From: Bacteroidota bacterium
Lineage (GTDB): Bacteria; Bacteroidota; Bacteroidia; Bacteroidales; JACABE01
DNA: 64,000 bases
Assembly (NCBI GenBank): GCA_013377005.1
Contig: JACABE010000021.1
Location: forward strand, 4,294 to 68,293
Direction: 5' to 3'
Shown here: positions 29,314-36,673 of the stretch, in pieces
Position numbering within the stretch: the first letter of the stretch is position 1
How the letters are laid out: each line of letters starts with the position of its first letter
The notes under the pieces: model-generated
Databases searched by the model: none
What the model was told of the DNA's origin: nothing
The model's input: only the letters and a program-made list of their open reading frames with translations
Translations under genes and position numbers: made by a program

Positions 29314-29776
29314 ATTTCTTTACAGATATCAGTTTTTTATTGCCATCAAAAATCTTTTTTTCGACTTTAAAACCTTTAGCATCATAAGTTGTATAACTTT
29401 GTTTAAGAATGTTTCCGCTACCATCGTAATCAATTTCACCTATTTTTTCGTCGTTGGTGTTATATATATATGAAGTTTTGGAGATAAGTTTCCCTGTTGC
29501 ATCATATACAGTTTCTTCAATTTTATTTTTGTTAGCACTATAGGTGTGTTTTTCAGTCGTTTTAATTGCACCATCTTTGTTATAATCTATTTTTTCAATT
29601 GCATTCCCATTTTTATCATATGCGGTATACGAATCTTTTATCTCTTTACTATCCGCTGATTTAGTATTATATACCGTTTCTGAGGTAATTTTGTTTTCCC
29701 GTATTTCTTTTTTGCTTTGTGCAAATACGCTGGTATGCAGGTATAACAAAATGAATATTAAATTTAAAATTTTCAT
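29294..29776 (-). CDS. Small secreted protein made of YD-like repeats
   Basis: Signal peptide (VFAQ), then about six repeats of the form Y.YD..G..I.K..Y (YTAYDKNGNAIEKIDY, VYDATGKLISKTSY, DYDGSGNILKQSY, TYDAKGFKVEKKIF). Confidence 0.45.
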   Translation of the reverse strand: MKILNLIFILLYLHTSVFAQSKKEIRENKITSETVYNTKSADSKEIKDSYTAYDKNGNAIEKIDYNKDGAIKTTEKHTYSANKNKIEETVYDATGKLISKTSYIYNTNDEKIGEIDYDGSGNILKQSYTTYDAKGFKVEKKIFDGNKKLISVKKYVYTKR

Positions 29777-29811
29777 GTCTTTAGAAGTATTTAATTTTTA
29801 TTATGTTATTG

Positions 29812-30231
29812 TTAATTTTGAGGTGTGTCTGCAATCACTAAATCTTTTGTAGTAACAGTTGCGTCATTTTCGGAAATAGTAACATCTTCAATAACGGCAA
29901 ATTGCCCGGATGGATTCGTTAAAGTTGTGTCTAAAGAAAAAGTATAGACTTTATATTTGCCTTTACGCAGATATTTAAACTCAAAGGTTCCACCTTCATT
30001 TGTTCGTTGTTTATCGCCATAAGCAACATTGTCGCCATAACAGATATAAACATATTTATTTGGGGCATAACATTCACCTAAAAAACTGGTAAAGGTTTTG
30101 TTATAATATCTGGCATATACTTTACCTTGAATAGAAGAGGTTCCACCTTCTCCGGCATCTTTTGAGCATGATATATTGGTTAACAAAAGAATAATTGTGC
30201 TAAGTGTTAACCACTTTTTTTGAATGTTCAT
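29812..30231 (-). CDS. Small lipoprotein with a carboxypeptidase-regulatory-like beta-sandwich
   Basis: Lipobox NISC. IQGKVYA...TNEGGTFEFKYLRKGKYKVYTF fits the CarboxypepD_reg pattern. Confidence 0.45.
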   Translation of the reverse strand: MNIQKKWLTLSTIILLLTNISCSKDAGEGGTSSIQGKVYARYYNKTFTSFLGECYAPNKYVYICYGDNVAYGDKQRTNEGGTFEFKYLRKGKYKVYTFSLDTTLTNPSGQFAVIEDVTISENDATVTTKDLVIADTPQN

Positions 30232-30251
30232 ATTGTGATTTTTTATATGGT

Positions 30252-32543
30252 TTACTGTTTGATTATCTTTTTAATTTCACTGTTATTGCCCCAACTTGCT
30301 TTTAAAAAATAGACACCTTTTGCAAAACTGCTTAGATCTATTGTATTATAAGAGGATGTGGTTGCTGAATTAAAATCAAATTGCGTGCTTATAACAGATT
30401 GTGATAAAGAATTAAATAATTCAATTTTTACTGTTACGTTTTGAGCATTCACTTCAAAATTTAGCTCACTACTTGTTGGATTAGGATAGACCCACAGAAG
30501 CTCATTTTCTGATGTTGGTAAAAAGTTATAAGATGAAAATGAAGGTTTCATTACCGTAAAACTACCTGTTCCGTTTGGATAACGCCCAAAACTTAAATTT
30601 ACAGGTAGTTGGGCATAAGATATTGCATCAATTTCATGTCCATTTTGATAAGTAATATATAGGTTTCCGTTGGCAGAGGGTAATGAAAAATTTATATTCA
30701 CACTATCATTTGCAAATGAATTATTTAAACCCAATATCATATATTTTCTTGAAGGAATAATAGTATCTGGTAGCTTCCACTGAAGACGATTTGAGCTATC
30801 GTTTGACAAAAAAAGATTACATAGTAATATATTTTCATTCGTATTGTTGAAGAGTTCAATCCAACTTCCTTGTTCTAATGTTGTAATCCCATTATTATTC
30901 GATTTTATTTCATTAATAACTACATCGCCTTTAATAAGCTGAGGTTGGATTGAGTAGAATTCATATTCAGCTCGTTCTGGAGAAAAACTACCTGTACTAT
31001 CATTTTCAGCCCAAATATAATATTGTAAAACTTTTCCTTCCGACACTATTTTTGCACCATAAATTCCATCCCCTGCACTTTCATCGTGATGGTTTCCATC
31101 GTCATACATTTCTATGGATGTAAATGGAGCTTTGCTATGATTTCGATATGAAAGTAATGTTGCTGATGAATTTGAAATTTGTGCAGAAACCCAAACCTCA
31201 GAATTTTGCTCAACTACTGTAGGTTGATGTTTTACGTCAGTAATAATAGGATAATTTGAAAATCCCACATAAGATGATAAATAGGATAAACGTGCATCCA
31301 TAAGACTTTTTAGTCCTGGTATTTTTCCAGATGTCGGACCTGCATCTACTGTAAGATTGTTTTTATAATCTGAGTAAGTGTAAAATTTATTAGTATCAAG
31401 GTAAACAGCAGAATCAATGATATTTTGGTATTGTGTGGCGAGATTAAAATACTCATTGTTCTCCAGATTTTCTTTTACAATAGTTCTAAGATGAGCCAGA
31501 TACATTTTTTGATAACGTGGAATAACAAAAAGTTTCTTCATCAGAGGACGAGGAGTATAGGAATTATAATAAAGATGCTGTAATGGATCTAATTTCCCAA
31601 TTTTGTCAATGGTAAGACTTAACGAAATTCCATCAGTATTTCTGAAACTGCCAAAAGACATATTTAAATCCCATGGAATGGTGTTAAACCTATTGTAATC
31701 GTCTTTGTAGAGGTAATAATTTTGCGAGTAACCAATATAGCTGTCAAGATTAAGTATTGCATAATTAAAAGCGTGCATCCACAATGCTCTGTCAATGTTC
31801 AATACTTCTGAGATATGTGTAGTATCAATATTTAAAACATAGATAAAATTAAACAAATCTTTCCAACCGTAGTAATTCGATTCGAGTTTGTAATAAGGAA
31901 TATAGGCAGAGAAATCAGTTCCGTGTGTATAGGCAAGATTAGCATTTTGACCAAACGGATATTGTAATACTGCAGGACTACCTTTAAAGAAACTATTTCC
32001 TGATGATTTGAAGAATTTTTGAGTAAAATTGTCATCCACTGATTCAACATTTGTATAAAGTCCGATATAATAATCATTCACATATACTTTGGCAAAATTA
32101 GCCTGAGATGCCGGCATGTATTTCTGTGCTATTTTATAGGATACCACTTCGCGAACAAAAGAGGGATCGTATATCACGTTTGCCAATCTTAGTTTTGTAT
32201 TTCCTTGATAATTAAGTTTTTTAAATGTATAATTAAGATCAATACTGAATGGATTTTTCATGCGACTTACATCATAAGAACTATAACCTTTATACCGAAG
32301 ACCTGATTTTGGAAAAGATTTCCCGTTTACGGTAACGTCACAGACCAAGCGTCCCTCTTCGCCAAAATTAACAAAAAGGCTATCAAGTATTTCTCTCCAG
32401 TTGGACTCCTTAATGCTGATTTTTATTTCCTGCATCTCATTGATATCAAATAAACTGCTTTGAGAATAAAGTGAATGATTCCAGCTAAATAAAAGCAGTA
32501 TTAATGAGATTAGTAATAATCGCAAACAGGATTTTAAATTCAT
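30252..32543 (-). CDS. CotH-family atypical kinase with a lamin-tail-like domain and a T9SS C-terminal sorting domain
   Basis: The CotH core has NYYLYKDDYNRFNTIPWDLNMSFG and LWMHAFNYAILNLDSY. The LTD-like segment is VVINEIKSNN...WIELFN. The C-terminus VYPNPTSSELNF...GVYFLKA...KIIKQ is a type-A T9SS CTD. Confidence 0.7.
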   Translation of the reverse strand: MNLKSCLRLLLISLILLLFSWNHSLYSQSSLFDINEMQEIKISIKESNWREILDSLFVNFGEEGRLVCDVTVNGKSFPKSGLRYKGYSSYDVSRMKNPFSIDLNYTFKKLNYQGNTKLRLANVIYDPSFVREVVSYKIAQKYMPASQANFAKVYVNDYYIGLYTNVESVDDNFTQKFFKSSGNSFFKGSPAVLQYPFGQNANLAYTHGTDFSAYIPYYKLESNYYGWKDLFNFIYVLNIDTTHISEVLNIDRALWMHAFNYAILNLDSYIGYSQNYYLYKDDYNRFNTIPWDLNMSFGSFRNTDGISLSLTIDKIGKLDPLQHLYYNSYTPRPLMKKLFVIPRYQKMYLAHLRTIVKENLENNEYFNLATQYQNIIDSAVYLDTNKFYTYSDYKNNLTVDAGPTSGKIPGLKSLMDARLSYLSSYVGFSNYPIITDVKHQPTVVEQNSEVWVSAQISNSSATLLSYRNHSKAPFTSIEMYDDGNHHDESAGDGIYGAKIVSEGKVLQYYIWAENDSTGSFSPERAEYEFYSIQPQLIKGDVVINEIKSNNNGITTLEQGSWIELFNNTNENILLCNLFLSNDSSNRLQWKLPDTIIPSRKYMILGLNNSFANDSVNINFSLPSANGNLYITYQNGHEIDAISYAQLPVNLSFGRYPNGTGSFTVMKPSFSSYNFLPTSENELLWVYPNPTSSELNFEVNAQNVTVKIELFNSLSQSVISTQFDFNSATTSSYNTIDLSSFAKGVYFLKASWGNNSEIKKIIKQ

Positions 32544-32565
32544 ATTATTTATAGTAATTATATGA

Positions 32566-33819
32566 TTATCTTACAATTATTTTTTTAGTAATTGAGTTGG
32601 ATGAATCGGAAAGTTGTATAAAGTACAATCCAGATAATAAATTTGCTATATCAATTTTGTTTTCAGAAGACTTTAACATTTTACTGAGTATAACTTTTCC
32701 TTGTGCATCCATAATTTTTAAATAATATGAATGATTGTAACTGTTGATTATTAGAATATCTTGTGCAGGATTTGGGTAAATATCAACAAAAGAGTTTGTT
32801 GGAATAGATTCTATCCCAACAGTACCATTAAAATAAGAGACACCACCACCAGTGGCTATCCATGGCTTTTGAAACTTATCTAAGGCTATGCTTGTAACTT
32901 GTGTATTCACCAAGCCATCGGTAACGGAATATGAAACCCAGTTCGTTCCATCGAATCTACTAATACCACCATCAAAATTATAATCAGCAAATACGCCAAC
33001 CCATATATTTCCATCAACATCAGTTTTCATATCACGAACAAAATTGTTGTACAAACCATCATTTGCTCTATAGTTTTTAACCCAAACATTAGAAGTGTTA
33101 AGTTTAGTGATACCATAAAAAGTGCCAATATATCGGTTGTTATTAAGGTCAAAAGCAATTGCGAAAGTATTGTCATCGAGTAAACTATCTGTTGTTAATT
33201 TTGTAAAATTTGTAAAAGTTGTTCCGTGGAGCTTTGAAACACCTCCCATTTGGGTGCAAAACCACATATCACCAGTTAAGTCAGAAGAAATATAAGAAAT
33301 AGAGTTCGTCGAAATGCCATTACTAGTAGTATAATTGGTGAATGTTCCCTGATTGAATTTGGAAACCCCACTTTGAGTTGCAAACCAAACACTTCCATCT
33401 GGAGCTCCATAAATATAATTTACATTATTATCTATAAGACCTTGTGTTGTAGTAAAATTAGTCCATGAAGTTCCATTAAACTTACTAACGCCATTATTTG
33501 TTCCTACCCATACGTTATTGCTTTTATCTGTGGCAATACAAACTGCATAATTATCTATTAAACCATTAGTAGTTGTATATGAAGTCCATGTTACATCGTT
33601 ATATTTTGCAACACCAGAAGTAGTAGAAACCCATTTTACATTATTAGTATCTATTGCAATTCCTGTTACAAAGTTATCAATAAGCCCATTTGTTGTTGTA
33701 TAATTAATAAAATTCTGACTTTTCCCATTCGAATAAGAGAAAAGCAAAATAAAAATCATTGAAACCATTAAAAAATGATTCTTTGATACATTTTTAATTT
33801 TTAACGCTGATTTTTTCAT
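32566..33819 (-). CDS. Beta-propeller protein (two-component-regulator propeller repeats) with a T9SS CTD
   Basis: At least 7 repeats of TT.NGLIDN.V..IA.D..NN.WVGT..GVSKFNG, then IYPNPAQDILI...GLYFIQL...KKIIVR. Confidence 0.7.
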   Translation of the reverse strand: MKKSALKIKNVSKNHFLMVSMIFILLFSYSNGKSQNFINYTTTNGLIDNFVTGIAIDTNNVKWVSTTSGVAKYNDVTWTSYTTTNGLIDNYAVCIATDKSNNVWVGTNNGVSKFNGTSWTNFTTTQGLIDNNVNYIYGAPDGSVWFATQSGVSKFNQGTFTNYTTSNGISTNSISYISSDLTGDMWFCTQMGGVSKLHGTTFTNFTKLTTDSLLDDNTFAIAFDLNNNRYIGTFYGITKLNTSNVWVKNYRANDGLYNNFVRDMKTDVDGNIWVGVFADYNFDGGISRFDGTNWVSYSVTDGLVNTQVTSIALDKFQKPWIATGGGVSYFNGTVGIESIPTNSFVDIYPNPAQDILIINSYNHSYYLKIMDAQGKVILSKMLKSSENKIDIANLLSGLYFIQLSDSSNSITKKIIVR

Positions 33820-33837
33820 TTTTTCTATTTTTAAAAA

Positions 33838-36009
33838 TTATTTATTCAATACAATTTTACTTTGTTGAACCAATTTACCATCAACCTTTATCATAATAAA
33901 ATAAATCCCGTTGCTTAAATCAGAAAGATTCAGGGTTGATTGGTTGCTGTTTTTCAGAACCTCTTTTCCATAAATATTGATAATTTCGGTTTCAAAGCTA
34001 TTGATTGAAGCGGGTATTGATAAATTTATAATGCTTTGGGTTGGGTTTGGATAAATTATAATTTTCTGAGTTAAACTGTTATTTTCAGGAATACCCACTG
34101 TAGGCGTATAAGCAGATGAAATAGAAGTACAACCATTAGCATCTGTAACCTGAACTTGATATGATCCAGCTTGGGGAGGAGTATACGTATTTCCTGTAGC
34201 ACCTTGAATAATGTTGTTGTTGAAATACCATTGATTTCCAGAGCTGGCACTGGATGTCATTGTATTTCCTGTTTGTGAAATTGTTGGTGTTACAGGTGAC
34301 GAATATAATATAACAGATGTTGTATTGGTAGCAATATCTGAACCACTGGTTACAGTAACTGTATAACTTGTATTAGAAGTTGGAACTACTGTAGGATTTT
34401 GTAAAGTGGAAGTAAATCCAGCAGGAGATGATGTCCATTGGTAGGTATAGGAAGTTCCTCCACTTGGAGTAGAATTTAATTGAACTGTTGACCCTGGACA
34501 AACATTTACAGGCATTGCCGTTGCACTTACAGTTAAAGTGCTACTTCCTGTAATATTTACAGTAACAGAGGCTGTATCGGAACATCCAATAGCAGTATTG
34601 GTTATAATTACAGTATAAGTAGCGTTAGAAGTTGGAGAAATACTAGGATTTTGTTGCGTTGATGTAAAACCGGAAGTTGAAGTCCAAGCATAAGAATAAG
34701 TGGGACTGGATTCTGTAACCGATGTTGCTGAGGAACTTAAGGTAACTGCTGTGCCCGAAGTTACTAGAGTAGAAGAAGCACTTGCCAAAGCAATTGGAGC
34801 TCTTACGTAACATAATTCATATCTATAAGCATGAACAGATTTTGCATTTGAAATAGTTTGTAAAGTTGTTCCGTTTGGACTTACCTCGAATACACTACCA
34901 CCAGGATTACATACTAATTCATTTCCATTTCCTAATTGTTGCGAATTTCCCATATCACTTGCAGTAAATGAAGGAATTGTGGGGTTAATAACTGTTGTAG
35001 GTCCAACAATTGAACCAGCTGTATAGGTGTAATTATATCCATTATAGGGAGGATTCCAAATAGCAACTTTTACATTTCCACCGCTATTATTATTATAGAC
35101 ACACATATAATTTGGATATAATGGATTTGTAGATGGGATCCAATGTGCATCATGAATTACGTTAAATCCACTATTGTTAGCTGTTGAAGAAAGTCCATAT
35201 GTTGCAGGATTCCCCCAACGATATAGGAAATCACCACCCTTTCCGGAATTTCCTCCAGTATGTGTTGCAGCTTGAGCTGTTGTAGTACTATGGTCAATTA
35301 CATAAATTTCGCTCAATGCATGAGAGCTAATCATAATTTGGTCTAATTGAGGATTGTAATCAATACCGTTCATGTGAAACCAATCTTGTTTAATAGAATA
35401 ATTTACGTTCATTCTTTCTGGATGTTCAGACACATTGGTAACATAAGTTGATGTTACACTCGAATATACGCTTTGGCACAAATGATCCCACAAATGCCAT
35501 TCCCAAACTATGGTTCCAGTTGTAGCACCTGTAGGTTTAACTTCTATAATTTTTTCTGACCAAACAGTTATGGTTGATGAACAGCCTACGGTAGTTGGAG
35601 ATGCACTTTTTGTCTCATAACAAACCAATAAGACGTTACCATTTGGTAATGCACAAACATCGTGGTGCATTTGTGTTGAGGCATCTGATACTGCATATTC
35701 CCAAACAGTAGTTCCTGCCCAATTGACTTTTCTCACTTTACCTGTAATACCACCTTGACCAATACTTCCCGATTGATATTTGACCGTTTGAAGTATTGTG
35801 TCCCCTGGCAGAAGATAAGCAGAATATGCAGTAGATGAGCTTAAAGCCCATGTTTTATATGTAGTTCCTGTAGTATCAATCAACTTTGCCTGAGTCGTGT
35901 TTTGAGTTGCGTAAAAGGTATACATTCCCCATTTTTGCGACATTACTTTTGTGCAATTTATCGAAATAGCCCAAAGTATTATAAATGATAAAATCGTTTC
36001 TTTTCTCAT
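33838..36009 (-). CDS. Arylsulfotransferase (ASST)-like beta-propeller protein with three Ig-like repeats and a T9SS CTD
   Basis: MHHDVCALPNGNVLL, WEWHLWDH, FHMNGIDYNP and VIHDAHW resemble the ASST family. The C-terminus IYPNPTQSIINL...GIYFIMI...KIVLNK is a T9SS CTD. Confidence 0.5.
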   Translation of the reverse strand: MRKETILSFIILWAISINCTKVMSQKWGMYTFYATQNTTQAKLIDTTGTTYKTWALSSSTAYSAYLLPGDTILQTVKYQSGSIGQGGITGKVRKVNWAGTTVWEYAVSDASTQMHHDVCALPNGNVLLVCYETKSASPTTVGCSSTITVWSEKIIEVKPTGATTGTIVWEWHLWDHLCQSVYSSVTSTYVTNVSEHPERMNVNYSIKQDWFHMNGIDYNPQLDQIMISSHALSEIYVIDHSTTTAQAATHTGGNSGKGGDFLYRWGNPATYGLSSTANNSGFNVIHDAHWIPSTNPLYPNYMCVYNNNSGGNVKVAIWNPPYNGYNYTYTAGSIVGPTTVINPTIPSFTASDMGNSQQLGNGNELVCNPGGSVFEVSPNGTTLQTISNAKSVHAYRYELCYVRAPIALASASSTLVTSGTAVTLSSSATSVTESSPTYSYAWTSTSGFTSTQQNPSISPTSNATYTVIITNTAIGCSDTASVTVNITGSSTLTVSATAMPVNVCPGSTVQLNSTPSGGTSYTYQWTSSPAGFTSTLQNPTVVPTSNTSYTVTVTSGSDIATNTTSVILYSSPVTPTISQTGNTMTSSASSGNQWYFNNNIIQGATGNTYTPPQAGSYQVQVTDANGCTSISSAYTPTVGIPENNSLTQKIIIYPNPTQSIINLSIPASINSFETEIINIYGKEVLKNSNQSTLNLSDLSNGIYFIMIKVDGKLVQQSKIVLNK
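34110..34800 (-). repeat. Three tandem Ig-like modules of about 75 aa inside the ASST-like gene (approximate bounds)
   Basis: Repeats share SSTL...YSYAWTSTSGFTSTQQNPSISPTSNATYTVIITN / YTYQWTSSPAGFTSTLQNPTVVPTSNTSYTVTVTS / GNQWYFNN...GNTYTPPQAGSYQVQVTD. Confidence 0.5.
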
Positions 36010-36126
36010 ACTAAAATTTTTATTTTTTTATATCAGTTTATTTTTAAAAGTAATTCTAACTTATTTTTTAACAATATTAAAAAAGTGATATGTTTATACA
36101 AAACTTATTAGGGGTTTAGTGTTTTT

Positions 36127-36158
36127 TTATCGGTAATTCTGTATAATTTATCGATAAA
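36127..36158. promoter_or_regulatory. Two TTATCGnTAA palindromic sites 21 bp apart upstream of the T9SS-cargo/CotH/VTC operon
   Basis: TTATCGGTAA lies at 36127-36136 and TTATCGATAA at 36148-36157, within the 12-bp perfect palindrome TTTATCGATAAA (36147-36158). They are 118-149 nt upstream of the ATG at 36009. Confidence 0.25.
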
Positions 36159-36623
36159 CTATACTTAATAAAATAATTGAATTTTAAATAAATTAAAAAA
36201 TCATTTTCTTCTAAATTTTCTTAAATGTTTTTTTAAATTTAATCTTTTATATATTTTACGATGCAATATTAATATAAACTTAATGTTGGAATGTTATAAC
36301 ATTATGAAAATATGTTATGAAATTTTAATAGAATAAATAATCTATCTTATTTATTCTTTTGTGAAAACTTTTCTGTTTTTTTGCTAAATTACATTGTGTC
36401 GCTTAATATATTTTGGAGATACATTGCGGGAGAGTGTAAATTATTAAGTAAAATAAACTTTTGATGTTTAATAACTATTTGTTTTCAAGTTCGAATAATA
36501 ATTTTAGTTGAAATAATTAAAGAACATAATAACTTATTTCCTGCTTAAAAGAAAGAGGTTAATATATATCCTAAAAAAACAAATACAATAACTACTGTTT
36601 ATATTTAACCAACTATATACAAT

Positions 36624-36651
36624 AAAAAAAGGACTGTTTCCAGTCCTTTTT
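36624..36651 (-). terminator. Intrinsic terminator after the M16 peptidase pair
   Basis: GGACTG-TTTC-CAGTCC (36631-36646) is flanked by A7 and T5, and the T-tract is on the minus strand. Confidence 0.65.
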
Positions 36652-36673
36652 CATTATAGAGTTTTCATTGATA

